NCBI GenBank assembly: GCA_029265455.1
Contig: JAJUJF010000001.1
Coordinates: 32,040 to 96,039 of the forward strand
DNA: 64,000 bases
Source of the DNA: Paracoccaceae bacterium
GTDB lineage: Bacteria; Pseudomonadota; Alphaproteobacteria; Rhodobacterales; Rhodobacteraceae
Direction: 5' to 3'
Of the stretch, positions 41,723 to 53,388 are shown in pieces (position 1 is the first letter of the stretch; every line of letters starts with the position of its first letter). The notes beneath the pieces are model-generated. The model did not search any database. It worked only from the letters and a program-made list of their open reading frames with translations, and had not been told where the DNA came from. The position numbers were made by a program, and so were the translations under genes.

Positions 41723-42217
41723 ATGCCCGACCCCGAGCAGATCTTCCTCGAACCCGACGACGGGATCCCCAATTCTCCCCTGCCGGTCCTCATCTACCGC
41801 GCCGCCTGCCCGGAGGGTGCCGCAGCTCTCGAGGGACTGTTCCTGCGAAACGGGTGGAGCGGGCTGTGGCGGGACGGCGTGTTCGATTTCCATCACTACC
41901 ACAGCCGGGGCCACGAGGTGCTCGGCGTCGCCGCCGGCTCGGCGCGGCTTGCCCTCGGCGGGCCCGGAGGTCGGGACATCGACGTGACCGCCGGCGACGT
42001 GCTGGTCCTTCCCGCCGGCACCGGCCATCGCCGGATCGGAGCGAGCAGCGGCTTCCTTGTCGTTGGCGGCTATCCTCCCGGACAGGAGGGCGACATCTGC
42101 CGGCCTCCCGCGACGCCTGAGCAGCGCCGCCGGATCGCCTCCCTTCCCCTGCCCGACTCCGATCCCGTGCTCGGGGACGACGGCCTCACCCGCCTCTGGA
42201 AAAACCTGCCGTCGTGA
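41723..42217 (+). CDS. Cupin domain protein (YjlB/COG4297-like)
   Basis: IPNSPLPVLIY, GVFDFHHYHSRGHEVLG, GDVLVLPAGTGH, VVGGYP. Confidence 0.86.
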   Translation: MPDPEQIFLEPDDGIPNSPLPVLIYRAACPEGAAALEGLFLRNGWSGLWRDGVFDFHHYHSRGHEVLGVAAGSARLALGGPGGRDIDVTAGDVLVLPAGTGHRRIGASSGFLVVGGYPPGQEGDICRPPATPEQRRRIASLPLPDSDPVLGDDGLTRLWKNLPS

Positions 42218-42254
42218 GCCAAGTGAGTGGCCATCATAGCCGGGGAGGGAGACG

Positions 42255-43361
42255 ATGAAGGTTGAGGGCAGGCCGACGCGCACCATCTGGGTCGAGCGCC
42301 CGCCCGCGGACGGGCAGCGCGGGGCCGTCGGCATCATCGACCAGACCCGCCTGCCGCATGCCTTCGCGACCGAAAGCCTCGAGACGCCCGAAGATGCCGC
42401 CCGCGCCATCCGCGACATGCTCGTTCGCGGGGCGCCCCTGATCGGCATTACCGCCGCCTACGGCATCGCGCTTGCGCTCCATGACGATCCGTCGGACGCC
42501 CGCCTGCGCGAAGCCCATGACCTGCTGCTCGCGACACGCCCGACCGCGGTCAATCTCCGCTGGGCGCTCGAGGCGATGATGCACCGCCTCCGCCAGCTCC
42601 CCGAGGCCGAACGCGAGGCCGCTGCCTGGATTGCCGCCGGCGAACTCGCCGACGAGGATGCCGAGATCTGCCGCACGATCGGCGTCAACGGCCTGCCCCT
42701 GATCCGGGACATCGCCGCACGGAAGGCGGGGCCGGTCAACATCCTCACCCATTGCAACGCCGGCTGGCTCGCCACGGTCGACTGGGGCACCGCCACCGCA
42801 CCCGTCTACCAGGCGCATGATTCGGGCATCGAGGTTCACGTCTGGGTCGACGAGACCCGCCCGCGCAACCAGGGCGCCGCACTCACGGCGTGGGAACTCG
42901 CCAATCATGGCGTCCCTCACCACGTCATCGCGGACAATACCGGCGGTCACCTGATGCAGAATGGTCTCGTCGACATGGTGATCGTCGGCACCGACCGCAC
43001 CACGGCGAACGGCGACGTGTGCAACAAGATCGGCACCTATCTCAAGGCGCTCGCGGCGCATGACAACGGTGTGCCCTTCTACGTTGCCCTGCCCTCTCCG
43101 ACCATCGACTTCTCGCTTGGCTCCGGCCGGGACATCCCGATCGAGGAGCGGAGCCCGGAGGAAGTCACCCACATCTGGGGCCGCACCGCACAAGGTGACG
43201 TGACGCAGGTTCAGATCACCCCCGACGCCTCGCCCGCCGTCAACTATGCCTTCGACGTGACACCCGCCCGGCTCGTGACCGCGCTCATCACCGAACGCGG
43301 CGTCGTTGCGGCAGACCCCGCTGCCCTTGCCGCCATGTTCCCCGAGCGCGCCGCCGCCTGA
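42255..43361 (+). CDS. mtnA: S-methyl-5-thioribose-1-phosphate isomerase
   Basis: [41 protein letters not shown]. Confidence 0.96.
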   Translation: MKVEGRPTRTIWVERPPADGQRGAVGIIDQTRLPHAFATESLETPEDAARAIRDMLVRGAPLIGITAAYGIALALHDDPSDARLREAHDLLLATRPTAVNLRWALEAMMHRLRQLPEAEREAAAWIAAGELADEDAEICRTIGVNGLPLIRDIAARKAGPVNILTHCNAGWLATVDWGTATAPVYQAHDSGIEVHVWVDETRPRNQGAALTAWELANHGVPHHVIADNTGGHLMQNGLVDMVIVGTDRTTANGDVCNKIGTYLKALAAHDNGVPFYVALPSPTIDFSLGSGRDIPIEERSPEEVTHIWGRTAQGDVTQVQITPDASPAVNYAFDVTPARLVTALITERGVVAADPAALAAMFPERAAA

Positions 43362-43451
43362 ACCGTCGCAGGCCGTCTGCCTGCCGATCGGCCCGGAACC
43401 GGTGGCCGCAGCCACTTTTCCGAATCACGCACCGCCGCGAAGGGCATTAGA

Positions 43452-43642
43452 AATCAAGCTCTTGAACATGAACCAATAAAACCGGGAAAACGGCCAACGT
43501 ATACTGATCAACAGGCCTCTACTTCCAGTGGCACCTAAGCCTTGGCTGATCTTGTCGGGGCCAGAGGCTAGATCCGCCGCCAGCGGTTTCTTCCGCCAAT
43601 GGGGTCCGGCGTGGGCAATTCTCGCGCCTAATCAAGGGATTA
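43452..43642 (+). promoter_or_regulatory. AT-rich upstream region with two exact IHF consensus sites
   Basis: AATCAAGCTCTTG (43452-64) and AATCAAGGGATTA (43630-42) match WATCAANNNNTTR. Confidence 0.55.
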
Positions 43643-43647
43643 ATTTC

Positions 43648-44004
43648 ATGGCCATCATCAAGTTCGGAACCTACCAGAAACCCAACGTCGAGCCGATCAC
43701 CACCGATCTGGACTGGTGGAAGCCGGTCGAAGGCTCGCCGACGATGCGGACCTGGATCGAGCATCAGAGCGAGGACGGCAAGTACCTGACCGGCTACTGG
43801 GAGGCGACCCCGGGCAGCTACCGCGTCAAGTACGAGGTCGACGAGTTCATCCACATGTTCGAGGGCCGGGCGACCCTGACCGACAACGGCAAGGAGCCGC
43901 AGACCTTCGTGGCGGGCGACACCTTCCTCATCGAGGCCGGTTTCGACGGGATCTGGAAGACCGAGGAGACCGTGCGCAAGGCTTTCGCCATCCGCGCGAA
44001 GTGA
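43648..44004 (+). CDS. Cupin, DUF861/EutQ-like (Cupin_3)
   Basis: GYWEATPG...DEFIHMFEGRATL...FVAGDTFLIEAGFDGIW. Confidence 0.87.
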   Translation: MAIIKFGTYQKPNVEPITTDLDWWKPVEGSPTMRTWIEHQSEDGKYLTGYWEATPGSYRVKYEVDEFIHMFEGRATLTDNGKEPQTFVAGDTFLIEAGFDGIWKTEETVRKAFAIRAK

Positions 44005-44132
44005 CGGCCTTCTGACCCTGCATCCCGTCGGGCCGCACCAGGAAAACGGCTGTCTCCGGCGCCTGCATCGCCGTTGGCGGCAGGTCCGGTCCGGCCTTCA
44101 GCACCGGCCGTCGCACGGCCCGGCGGGAACAG

Positions 44133-44196
44133 CCCGACCCTTGCCTCTCCCCACCGTTCGCCCGACAAGGCGCGAACGGCAGAGGCAGAGGTCGGG
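44133..44196 (+). other. Long imperfect hairpin reaching into the oxoprolinase RBS
   Basis: CCCGACC/GGTCGGG, TGCCTCT/AGAGGCA and CCGTTCGC/GCGAACGG pairings; SD GGGAG at 44194-98. Confidence 0.55.
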
Positions 44197-44204
44197 AGCA
44201 ATCG

Positions 44205-47200
44205 ATGACCGGGGCGTGGGATTTCTGGATCGACCGCGGTGGCACCTTCACCGACATTCTTGGCCACGCGCCGGACGGGACCATCCATCCGCTCAAGCTC
44301 CTTTCAGACAATCCCGACGCCTACGAGGACGCCGCGATCGAGGGCATCCGGCGGCTGCTCGGGCTGTCCGCCGATGACCGTATTCCACCCGACCGCATCG
44401 GCACCGTCCGCATGGGCACTACCGTCGCGACCAATGCGCTTCTCGAGCGCAAGGGCGACCGCACCGCGCTCCTGATCACCCGGGGCTTTCGCGACGCGCT
44501 ACGCATCGGGACCCAGGCCCGCCCCGACATCTTCGCCAAGGAAATCGTCCTACCCGAGCAGCTCTACGAGCAGGTGGTCGAGGTGGACGAACGCCTGCGT
44601 GCCGACGGTTCGGTCGAGATCCCGCTCGATCCCGCGACGCTCGATCCGGAACTCCGGGCACTCCGCGCCTCCGGCATCGAGGCGATTGCCATTGCCCTCA
44701 TGCATGCCTGGCGCAACAGCGAGCACGAGGCACGCCTCGCCGCGCATGTCCGCCGCTTCGGTTTTGCCCAGGTTTCGGTCAGCCACGAGGTCTCGCCCCT
44801 CATCAAGATCGTCGGACGGGGCGACACCACCGTCGTCGACGCCTATCTCTCGCCGATCCTCGGCCGCTACGTCGCGCGCGTTGCCGAGGCGCTCGGCGCG
44901 ACCCCCTCGACCGAGCCCGGACCCACCCTCCAGTTCATGATGTCCTCGGGCGGCCTCACCGCCGCCGATCGTTTCGGCGGCAAGGATGCCGTTCTCTCCG
45001 GTCCGGCCGGGGGCGTCGTCGGCATGGTCCGGACGGCCGAAAGTGCGGGCTTCTCCCGCGTCATCGGTTTCGACATGGGCGGCACCTCGACCGATGTCGC
45101 CCATTTCGCCGGCGAATACGAACGCGCGTTCGATTCCGAGGTTGCCGGCGTCCGCATGCGCGCACCGATGCTGCGGGTCCACACGGTGGCGGCGGGCGGC
45201 GGCTCGATCCTCCATGCCGAGCCCGGCCGCTTCCGCGTCGGTCCGGATTCCGCTGGTGCCGACCCCGGTCCTGCCTGCTATCGCCGCGGTGGTCCGCTGA
45301 CGCTTACCGACGCCAATGTCATGCTCGGCAAGCTGCGGCCTGAACTCTTCCCGGCGATCTTCGGCCCGAAGGGCAACCAGCCCCTCGACCTCGACACCGT
45401 TGCCCGCCGTTTCGCCGAGATCGCCGCAACCACCGGCGAGGGCAGATCACCCGAAACCGTGGCCGAGGGCTTCGTCCGTATCGCCGTCCAGAACATGGCG
45501 AACGCGATCAAGAAGATAAGCGTCCAGCGCGGCTACGACGTCACCCGCTACCTCCTGAATTCCTTCGGCGGCGCCGCAGGTCAGCATGCCTGTCTCGTCG
45601 CCGATGCGCTCGGCATGCGTTCGGTCCTGATCCATCCGCTCTCTGGGCTCCTCTCCGCCTACGGGATCGGCCTCTCCCGCGTCGTCACCACGCGGATGCG
45701 GGCGATGGAGATGCCGCTGGCGCCGGATGCGCTTGCCACGCTTGACAGCGTGATTGATGAGTTGCTCGGCGAGGCCGGGGCCGAACTTGCCGCTCAGGGC
45801 CTTGCCCCCGACCACGTGGCGAGCCGCGCTCGCCTGCACCTGCGGTACGAGGGCACCGATACCGCGCTACCGGTTGCCTTCGACGCTCGCGACACCGACG
45901 CGGCAAGGGCGGATTTCGAAACGGCCCATGCAAGCCGGTTCGGCTTCGTCACCCCGGAGAAACCGGTCATCGTCGAGGCCGTCGAGCTCGAGGCGTTCGA
46001 GGCCACGCCGCCCGCCCCGCCGGAAACCGGAACCGACCCCATCCCGAGCGAGAGCGAGCCTGCATACACCGCCCCGGTCTTCTGCTCCGGCGCCTGGCAG
46101 GATGCCGCCATCCACCACCGCGAGGCGCTCCACCCCGGTCACCGCATCGCCGGTCCCGCCCTCGTCATCGAGCCGAACCAGACCATCGTCGTCGAGCCCG
46201 GCTGGCAGGCGGAGATCACCGCGTTGAACCATGTCCTGCTCACCCGCAGGGAGGAACTCCGCCGCGACATGGCCATCGGCACCGATCGCGCCGACCCGGT
46301 CCTCCTCGAGGTATTCAACAACCTCTTCATGAACATTGCCGAGCAGATGGGCGTCACGCTCCAGAACACCGCGCGCTCGGTCAACATCAAGGAGCGGCTG
46401 GACTTCTCCTGCGCCGTCTTCGATGCCTCTGGTGCCCTTGTCGCCAACGCACCGCACATGCCCGTCCATCTCGGCTCGATGGACCGCTCGGTGGAGACGG
46501 TGATCCGCCTCAACGCCGGCGACATCCACCCCGGCGACGCCTTCGCGCTCAATGCACCCTATAACGGCGGCACCCACCTTCCCGACATCACCGTCGTCAC
46601 CCCGGTCTTCGACGAGGCGGGCGAAACCATCCTCTTCTGGGTCGCCTCCCGCGGGCATCACGCGGATGTCGGCGGTACCGCTCCCGGCTCCATGACGCCG
46701 CTTGCGACCCGCGTCGACGAGGAAGGCGTGCTCATCGACAACTTCCGCATCGTCGAGCGCGGCCGTTTCCGCGAAGCGGAGCTGCGCCAACTGCTGACGG
46801 ATCATCCCCATCCCTGCCGCAATCCCGAGCAGAACATCGCCGATCTCGCCGCGCAGGTCGCTGCCAACGCCCGCGGCATCGCGGAACTCCGGCGCATGGT
46901 GAGCGAATTCGGCCTCCCCGTCGTCCAGGCCTACATGGGTCATGTCCAGGACAATGCCGCCGAGGAGGTCCGCCGCCTCATCGACCGGCTCGAGGACTGC
47001 GCCTGTGACTATCCGACCGACACGGGCCAGGTGATCCGGGTCCGCATCACCGTCGACCGCGCCGCGCGGAGCGCCACCGTCGATTTCACCGGCACCTCTC
47101 CGGCTGCGGAAAACAACTTCAACGCGCCCGAACCCGTCACCCGCGCTGCCGTCCTCTATGTCTTCCGCGTCATGGTGGAAGCGCCGATTCCGATGAATGC

Positions 47201-47834
47201 CGGCTGCCTGCGACCGCTCCGCATCGTCATCCCCGACGGCTGCATGCTGAAACCGGCCTGGCCCCGTGCCGTGGTCGCCGGCAATGTCGAGACCTCCCAG
47301 CACGTCGCCAATGCCCTCTTCGCCGCCCTCGGCGCGCTCGCGAACAGTCAGGGCACGATGAACAACCTCACCTTCGGCAACGCGAAATACCAGTATTACG
47401 AGACGATCTGTTCCGGCGCGCCTGCCGGGCGGATGAACGACGGCCGCGGTTTCGCCGGAGCCTCGGGCGTCCATACCCACATGACCAACTCCCGCCTCAC
47501 GGATCCGGAGGTGCTCGAACTGCGCTTTCCCGTCCTGCTCGAGGAATTCAGCCTCCGCCCCGGCTCCGGCGGGCGCGGTGCCTTCCCCGGTGGCGACGGC
47601 ACGCTGCGGCGGCTGCGATTCCTCGAGCGGATGGATTGCGCGATCCTGTCGTCGCATCGCTCCCGCCCGCCGCAGGGCCTTGCCGGCGGCGGCGATGGCG
47701 AACCCGGCCGCACCTTCGTCCGCCGGAACGACGGGAGGGAGGAGCTTCTCGCTGCCTGTGACCAGACCATCCTCGAACCGGGCGAGACGATCACCATCAT
47801 CACCCCCACCCCGGGCGGCTACGGCACCCCCTGA
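44205..47834 (+). CDS. 5-oxoprolinase, fused hydantoinase A/B type
   Basis: [61 protein letters not shown]. Confidence 0.95.
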   Translation: MTGAWDFWIDRGGTFTDILGHAPDGTIHPLKLLSDNPDAYEDAAIEGIRRLLGLSADDRIPPDRIGTVRMGTTVATNALLERKGDRTALLITRGFRDALRIGTQARPDIFAKEIVLPEQLYEQVVEVDERLRADGSVEIPLDPATLDPELRALRASGIEAIAIALMHAWRNSEHEARLAAHVRRFGFAQVSVSHEVSPLIKIVGRGDTTVVDAYLSPILGRYVARVAEALGATPSTEPGPTLQFMMSSGGLTAADRFGGKDAVLSGPAGGVVGMVRTAESAGFSRVIGFDMGGTSTDVAHFAGEYERAFDSEVAGVRMRAPMLRVHTVAAGGGSILHAEPGRFRVGPDSAGADPGPACYRRGGPLTLTDANVMLGKLRPELFPAIFGPKGNQPLDLDTVARRFAEIAATTGEGRSPETVAEGFVRIAVQNMANAIKKISVQRGYDVTRYLLNSFGGAAGQHACLVADALGMRSVLIHPLSGLLSAYGIGLSRVVTTRMRAMEMPLAPDALATLDSVIDELLGEAGAELAAQGLAPDHVASRARLHLRYEGTDTALPVAFDARDTDAARADFETAHASRFGFVTPEKPVIVEAVELEAFEATPPAPPETGTDPIPSESEPAYTAPVFCSGAWQDAAIHHREALHPGHRIAGPALVIEPNQTIVVEPGWQAEITALNHVLLTRREELRRDMAIGTDRADPVLLEVFNNLFMNIAEQMGVTLQNTARSVNIKERLDFSCAVFDASGALVANAPHMPVHLGSMDRSVETVIRLNAGDIHPGDAFALNAPYNGGTHLPDITVVTPVFDEAGETILFWVASRGHHADVGGTAPGSMTPLATRVDEEGVLIDNFRIVERGRFREAELRQLLTDHPHPCRNPEQNIADLAAQVAANARGIAELRRMVSEFGLPVVQAYMGHVQDNAAEEVRRLIDRLEDCACDYPTDTGQVIRVRITVDRAARSATVDFTGTSPAAENNFNAPEPVTRAAVLYVFRVMVEAPIPMNAGCLRPLRIVIPDGCMLKPAWPRAVVAGNVETSQHVANALFAALGALANSQGTMNNLTFGNAKYQYYETICSGAPAGRMNDGRGFAGASGVHTHMTNSRLTDPEVLELRFPVLLEEFSLRPGSGGRGAFPGGDGTLRRLRFLERMDCAILSSHRSRPPQGLAGGGDGEPGRTFVRRNDGREELLAACDQTILEPGETITIITPTPGGYGTP

Positions 47835-48084
47835 CTGCGGCCCGGCGGGGAGGTGCACGGCGCAGCGGATCGCTCGGACCACGAGCATGCCCCGCCGCCA
47901 CCGCGACCCTGCCATGCGCGGCGCATGATTCCGTCAATGTCGAAATCTCCCGTCCAGACTTGAATCGTGTCGCCGGAGCGGTCAGAAGAGTTGAAATCTC
48001 CTCCGCGGAGCAACGGAACACCAACCGAGAGACGCCCCGGCGGAGGGACGCCGGGGACGTATCCAGCAGAGAGAGCGTGCGCCC

Positions 48085-50334
48085 TTGGCCGATCCAGCAC
48101 CGTCCGGACCTGCCCCTCACCCCGTGTGGCGCTACCTGCCTCCGCTCCTGCCATTTGCCGCCTTCCTCTGGTTCCTGCCACGGGTCCTGCCCGTCGCCCG
48201 CGGCGAGACCGGCGAATACGTCTGGAGCTGGGTGCCCGGCCTCGGCATCGATCTCGCCTTCTGGCTCGACGGGCTCAGCCTCGCCTTCGCGCTTCTCATC
48301 ACCGGGATCGGCACGATCTGCATCCTCTACGCCGGCACCTATTTCGCGAAGGATCCGCGGCTGCCGAGCCTTCAGATAATCCTGCTGCTCTTTGCCTTCT
48401 CCATGCTCGGCCTCGTCGTCGCCGATGATGCGATCACCTTCTTCGTGTTCTGGGAAGCGACGACGATCACCTCCTACCTCCTCGTCGGTTTCGACCACGA
48501 GAGCGCGAAATCCCGTGCAAGCGCCCTGCAGGCGCTGCTCGTCACCAGCGCCGGCGGCCTCACCCTGCTCATCGGGCTGCTGCTGATGGGCAGTGTCGCC
48601 GACACCTGGCGCCTTTCCGGGATGAACGCGCAGGGCGATCTCCTGCGCGCGAGCCCGCTGTATCTGTGGATCTTCTGGCTGATCGCCCTCGGCGCCTTCA
48701 CCAAGTCGGCACAATGGCCGTTCCAGTTCTGGTTGCCTGGCGCCATGGCCGCCCCGACGCCCGTTTCAGCCTATCTGCACAGCGCGACCATGGTGAAGGC
48801 AGGCGTCTACATGCTCGCGCGGTTCACCCCGGCGCTGGGCGGCACCGATGTCTGGATCTGGACGCTCACCCTCGTCGGCGCCTTCACCATGGTCCAGGCC
48901 TCGATCTGGGCCCTGCGCCAGATCGACCTCAAGATGATGATGGCCTATACCACCGTCATGGCCCTCGGCGCGCTGACCATGCTCCTCGGCCAGGGCTCGG
49001 CCATGGCGGTGACCGCGGCCATGGCCTTCATCCTCGTCCATGCCTTCTACAAGGCGGCGCTCTTCCTCGGTGTCGGCATGATCGACAAGGGGGCGGGCAC
49101 CCGCGAGTATACCCAACTCGGCGGCCTTGGCCGCTACATGCCGATCACCGCCATCGCCATCGCCATTGCCGCGCTGTCGATGGCCGGCTTCCCGCCGATG
49201 TTCGGCTTCATCGGCAAGGAACTGATCTACGGTTCGCTCGAGGACGCGACATGGCCATGGCTCATCGGCGGGGCGGCACTCGTCGCCAACGCGCTGATGG
49301 TGGTCTGCGCCGGCGTCGTCGCGATCCGCCCCTTCGCCGGCCGCCGCCGCATCGCGCCCAGGGCCTATACCGCCGACCCCGGCTGGGGTCTCTGGATCGG
49401 CCCGGCGATCCTCGCCGGCATGGGCGTGCTTGGCGGCATCCTGGCCGGCAGGTTCGAGCATTTCCTCGTCGCACCGATGGTGAGCGCCGTCACCGGCAGC
49501 GAGACCGGTGCTCATCTCGCGCTCTGGCACGGCATCAATCCGGCGCTGATCCTCAGCCTCGTCACCTTCGCCATCGGCATCGCGCTCTATTTCCTCATCG
49601 ATCCGATCCGCAAGGCACTGATCAAGGCCGATCCGAAGACCCCCGGCACCGAGGACGGCTACGACTGGCTGCTCCAGGCACTCAAGGACTTCGCCGCCTG
49701 GCAGACAGGGATCGTCCAGAGCGGCCTGATGACCCGCTACCTCCAGACCACCTTCGTGCTGCTGGGCGGGCTGATCTGGGGCGCGGTCTATTTCGGGACA
49801 CCGGCCCTGCCGCCGCTCCGGTTCGACCTCGATCTCTTCGAATGGGCGGTGGTCGGCATCATCGTCGGCTCGATCGTCCTCGTCCTTCTCACGCCCTCGC
49901 GCCTCACCGCCATCGCCGGCCTCGGCGGAGTCGGCGGCGGCACCGGCGTGATCTTCTTCCTCTACGGCGCGATCGATGTTGGCATGACCCAGCTCTTCGT
50001 CGAGATCCTCGTCGTTGTCTTCATCACCATCGCGATGGTGCGCCTGCCGCGGGCGGGCTACATCCCCTTCCACCGGATCAGCGCGGTGATCGCCGTCCTG
50101 TTCGGCCTCGCGATCACCGCCGCCATGCTCGCGGTCCTCGGCACTCCGCTTGATCGCCGCCTCACCGACTTCTTCGAGGCGACAAGCCTGGCGGAGGCGC
50201 ATGGTCGCAACATCGTCAACGTCATCCTCGTCGATTTCCGCGCCCTCGACACGATGGGGGAGGTCTCGGTCATCGTCATCTCCGGGATTGCCGCCCTCGC
50301 CGCGCTCTGGGCCGGCAAGGAGCGCAAGGCATGA
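48085..50334 (+). CDS. mrpA: Mrp/Mnh Na+(K+)/H+ antiporter subunit A
   Basis: [60 protein letters not shown]; TTG start. Confidence 0.93.
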   Translation: MADPAPSGPAPHPVWRYLPPLLPFAAFLWFLPRVLPVARGETGEYVWSWVPGLGIDLAFWLDGLSLAFALLITGIGTICILYAGTYFAKDPRLPSLQIILLLFAFSMLGLVVADDAITFFVFWEATTITSYLLVGFDHESAKSRASALQALLVTSAGGLTLLIGLLLMGSVADTWRLSGMNAQGDLLRASPLYLWIFWLIALGAFTKSAQWPFQFWLPGAMAAPTPVSAYLHSATMVKAGVYMLARFTPALGGTDVWIWTLTLVGAFTMVQASIWALRQIDLKMMMAYTTVMALGALTMLLGQGSAMAVTAAMAFILVHAFYKAALFLGVGMIDKGAGTREYTQLGGLGRYMPITAIAIAIAALSMAGFPPMFGFIGKELIYGSLEDATWPWLIGGAALVANALMVVCAGVVAIRPFAGRRRIAPRAYTADPGWGLWIGPAILAGMGVLGGILAGRFEHFLVAPMVSAVTGSETGAHLALWHGINPALILSLVTFAIGIALYFLIDPIRKALIKADPKTPGTEDGYDWLLQALKDFAAWQTGIVQSGLMTRYLQTTFVLLGGLIWGAVYFGTPALPPLRFDLDLFEWAVVGIIVGSIVLVLLTPSRLTAIAGLGGVGGGTGVIFFLYGAIDVGMTQLFVEILVVVFITIAMVRLPRAGYIPFHRISAVIAVLFGLAITAAMLAVLGTPLDRRLTDFFEATSLAEAHGRNIVNVILVDFRALDTMGEVSVIVISGIAALAALWAGKERKA

Positions 50335-50762
50335 ACTCCCTCATCCTCACGACGGCGACCCGGTTCCTGACGCCGCTCATCCTCGCGCTGTCCGTCTTCA
50401 TCCTCCTGCGTGGTCACAACGAGCCGGGCGGCGGCTTCATCGGCGGCCTGCTCGTCGCCGTCGCCTTCGCCCTCGTCGAGAAGGCCGAGGGCGTCGAGGC
50501 AGCGCGTCGCGCAATGCGGATCGAGCCGCTGGTGCTCGCCGGCATCGGTCTCGGCTGCTGCCTCGCCGGCGGCTACTGGGGCGGGATCGTGCATGGCGAC
50601 TTCCTGCGCGGCATCTGGCCCTGGTACGAGGAATACGGGCTGCCGGTCGGCTCGATCCTCCTTTTCGATCTTGGCGTCTATCTTGCGGTCGCCGGTACCG
50701 TCTCGGCGATCCTCTTCGGCCTCGAGGAGGCTGGCCATGCCGTTGCCGGGCGGGACGACTGA
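50331..50762 (+). CDS. mrpB: Mrp antiporter subunit B
   Basis: [22 protein letters not shown]. Confidence 0.92.
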   Translation: MNSLILTTATRFLTPLILALSVFILLRGHNEPGGGFIGGLLVAVAFALVEKAEGVEAARRAMRIEPLVLAGIGLGCCLAGGYWGGIVHGDFLRGIWPWYEEYGLPVGSILLFDLGVYLAVAGTVSAILFGLEEAGHAVAGRDD

Positions 50763-50763
50763 G

Positions 50764-51132
50764 ATGGAGATCGTGCTCGCAATCCTTGTCGGCCTGCTCG
50801 CCGCCTCCGGCGCCTACATGATGATGGCCGGGCGGCTCATCGCCTATCTCTTCGGCCTCATCATGATCTCGAACGCGGCGAACATCGCCATCTTTGCCGC
50901 CGGCCGCCTCACCTATGCCGAACCGCCTCTCGTTCCCGACGGCGAGTACACCCCGATGACGGAGGTGGCGAACGCCCTGCCGCAGGCCCTGATCCTCACC
51001 GCGATCGTGATCGGCTTCGGCCTGCTCTCCTTTGCTCTGGCCCTCGTCTTCCGCACCTATTTCGAGCTCGGCACCACCCGCATGGATGACATGCGCGAGG
51101 CCGAGCCCCGCAACATGGGCGGCAACAGCTGA
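50764..51132 (+). CDS. mrpC: Mrp antiporter subunit C
   Basis: SNAANIAIF, ALPQALILTAIVIGF. Confidence 0.93.
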   Translation: MEIVLAILVGLLAASGAYMMMAGRLIAYLFGLIMISNAANIAIFAAGRLTYAEPPLVPDGEYTPMTEVANALPQALILTAIVIGFGLLSFALALVFRTYFELGTTRMDDMREAEPRNMGGNS

Positions 51133-52742
51133 TGCTCCTCGTCTGGCCCATCGCCCTCCCGCTGAGCACCGCGGTCCTCTGCCTGATCGCCTGGCACTCG
51201 CCCCGCGTCCAGCGCGCCCTGAACGCCGCGGGTTCGCTCGGCCTCCTCGTCGCGTCGATCGCCATCATCACCCGCGTCCTCGACGAAGGCCCCGTCGCCG
51301 CCCAGATGGGTTCCTGGCCCGCGCCCTTCGGCATCACCCTCGTCGCCGACATCCTCTCGGCGGCGATGGTGCTCATCACCGGCATCATCGCGGTGGCCTG
51401 TGCCGTCTACGGCTGGGCCGAGGTGGGCGCCGGCGAGGAGCGCAATGGCCATCATGCCCTCACCCAAGCCCTGCTCGGCGGCGTCTGCGGCGCCTTCGTC
51501 ACCGGCGACATCTTCAACATGTATGTCTGGTTCGAGGTGCTGCTGATCGCTTCCTTCGGCCTGATGGTCGTCGGGGGCGGCAAGGCGCAGCTCGATGCGG
51601 CGGTGAAGTATGTCGGGTTGAACCTGATCGCGACCCTGGCCTTCCTCACCGGCGTCGGCCTCCTCTACGGTGCCGCCGGCACGCTCAACATGGCCGACCT
51701 GCACCTGACGCTCGCCGGCCGCCAGGGTGAGACCGCGATCTTCAGCGCCGCCGCGATGCTGATGTTCGCCTTCGGCGCCAAGGCGGCGATGTTCCCCGCC
51801 TTCTTCTGGCTGCCCGCCTCCTACCACACGCCTTCGGTCACGACCTCGGCGCTGTTCTCGGCGCTGCTGACCAAGGTCGGCGTCTATGCGATGATCCGGG
51901 CCTTCACCATCGTCTTCGACACGTCGGAACCCGCAATCCAGAACACGCTCCTCTACGGCTCGGCAATCACCATGGTCGTCGGCGTGCTCGGCGCGGCGGC
52001 GCAGATGCATGTCCGCCGCATCCTGTCGTTCCACATCATCAGCCAGATCGGCTACATGATCCTCGGCCTTGCCATCTACACGCCGCTCGGCCTCGTGGGA
52101 GCGATCTTCTACCTCTTCCACCACATCATCGTGAAGGCGAACCTGTTCCTGATCGCGGGCGTCATCGGCCGCTCCACCGGTTCCGAGGAACTCACGGATA
52201 TCGGCGGCCTGTGGAAACGGAAACCCTGGCTCGGGGTGCTCTTCCTGATCCCGGCGCTGTCGCTCGCCGGCGTCCCGCCGCTTTCCGGATTCTGGGCGAA
52301 GCTCCTGATCATCCTCGCCGCGCTAGAGGAGGAACGCTACTTCATCGCCTTCGTCGCCGTCCTCGTCGGGTTCCTCACCCTCTACTCGATGTCGAAGATC
52401 TGGATGGAGGCATTCTGGAAGGCCCATCCCGGCGGCGACGACGCGGCGGCGCGGCCTGCCTCCTACTGGCTCTACCTGCCGATCATCACTCTTGCGCTGA
52501 TGACCGTCTTCATCGGCCTCAATGCCCAACCCTTCGTCGAGGCGGCCTTCGCCTCTGCCGAGCAGGTTCTCCAGCCCGACGCCTATATCGCGGCCGTCGC
52601 CCGTGCGAGCGAGGCAGCGGAACTCGGGCTGACCTTCGAGAGCCCGGCCGCATCCGGCGTTCCCGCCGAAGCCGCCCCCACTCCCGTCGAGCCGATCGAG
52701 AACCCGACCGGTCCGCCCGAGCCGGAGGATCCCCTGCGATGA
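51132..52742 (+). CDS. mrpD: Mrp antiporter subunit D
   Basis: GDIFNMYVWFEV, KAAMFPAFFWLP, LTKVGVY, AGVPPLSGF. Confidence 0.94.
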   Translation: MLLVWPIALPLSTAVLCLIAWHSPRVQRALNAAGSLGLLVASIAIITRVLDEGPVAAQMGSWPAPFGITLVADILSAAMVLITGIIAVACAVYGWAEVGAGEERNGHHALTQALLGGVCGAFVTGDIFNMYVWFEVLLIASFGLMVVGGGKAQLDAAVKYVGLNLIATLAFLTGVGLLYGAAGTLNMADLHLTLAGRQGETAIFSAAAMLMFAFGAKAAMFPAFFWLPASYHTPSVTTSALFSALLTKVGVYAMIRAFTIVFDTSEPAIQNTLLYGSAITMVVGVLGAAAQMHVRRILSFHIISQIGYMILGLAIYTPLGLVGAIFYLFHHIIVKANLFLIAGVIGRSTGSEELTDIGGLWKRKPWLGVLFLIPALSLAGVPPLSGFWAKLLIILAALEEERYFIAFVAVLVGFLTLYSMSKIWMEAFWKAHPGGDDAAARPASYWLYLPIITLALMTVFIGLNAQPFVEAAFASAEQVLQPDAYIAAVARASEAAELGLTFESPAASGVPAEAAPTPVEPIENPTGPPEPEDPLR

Positions 52743-53077
52743 GCCTTCTTCTGCTCCCCTACTACATCCTCAAGCTCTTCGTCGTCTTCCTCTACGACCT
52801 GGTGATGTCGAGCATCCAGGTCGCGATCGCGGTGATCTGGCCCGACGACCGGATCCAGCCGCGGCTGATGACCATTCCCCTCACCACGCGGACCGCCCTC
52901 CAGACGACCCTCGTCGCCAATCTGATCTCGCTCACCCCCGGCACGCTCACCCTCGACGTGGGCGAGGACGGCACCACCCTCCTCGTCCACGACATGTTCG
53001 CGGGCGACGAGCCGGAGGACGCGTTGCGCTCCGTCCAGGAGGGACTCCAGAAACGGGTGAAGGACGCCGCGCCATGA
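52739..53077 (+). CDS. mrpE: Mrp antiporter subunit E
   Basis: ANLISLTPGTLTLD. Confidence 0.9.
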   Translation: MSLLLLPYYILKLFVVFLYDLVMSSIQVAIAVIWPDDRIQPRLMTIPLTTRTALQTTLVANLISLTPGTLTLDVGEDGTTLLVHDMFAGDEPEDALRSVQEGLQKRVKDAAP

Positions 53078-53388
53078 CCATCCTCGGCACCGAAACCACC
53101 GGCATCCTCGACATCGGGCTCGAGTTCTGCGCCTTCTGCATCCTCGTCGCGCTGGTCTGCGCCGCCTGGCGGCTGATCCTGGGACCGAGCCTCGCCGACC
53201 GTGCCGTCGCGCTCGACCTCATCAGCGGGCTGCTCGTCGCCTTCCTTGTCGTCTTCACGCTGGCAAGCGGCATCCGCGCCTATATCTACGCCGCGATCGC
53301 CTTCGCCCTCATCGGTTTCCTGACCACGATCGCCTTTGCCCGCTACATCGAGCGGACCAAGGGGACCGAACTGGAGAGCCACGACTGA
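53074..53388 (+). CDS. mrpF: Mrp antiporter subunit F
   Basis: RLILGPSLADRAVALD, FLTTIAFARY. Confidence 0.92.
   Translation: MTILGTETTGILDIGLEFCAFCILVALVCAAWRLILGPSLADRAVALDLISGLLVAFLVVFTLASGIRAYIYAAIAFALIGFLTTIAFARYIERTKGTELESHD

Noticed and set aside
43395-43419. GGAAC-N18-TT as another EcfG promoter
   Set aside because: Better explained as the GTGGC/GCCAC hairpin plus TTTT terminator after mtnA; 230 nt from the next ATG
43520-43630. Sigma54 promoter (TGGCAC at about 43529)
   Set aside because: No TTGC at the required -12 spacing
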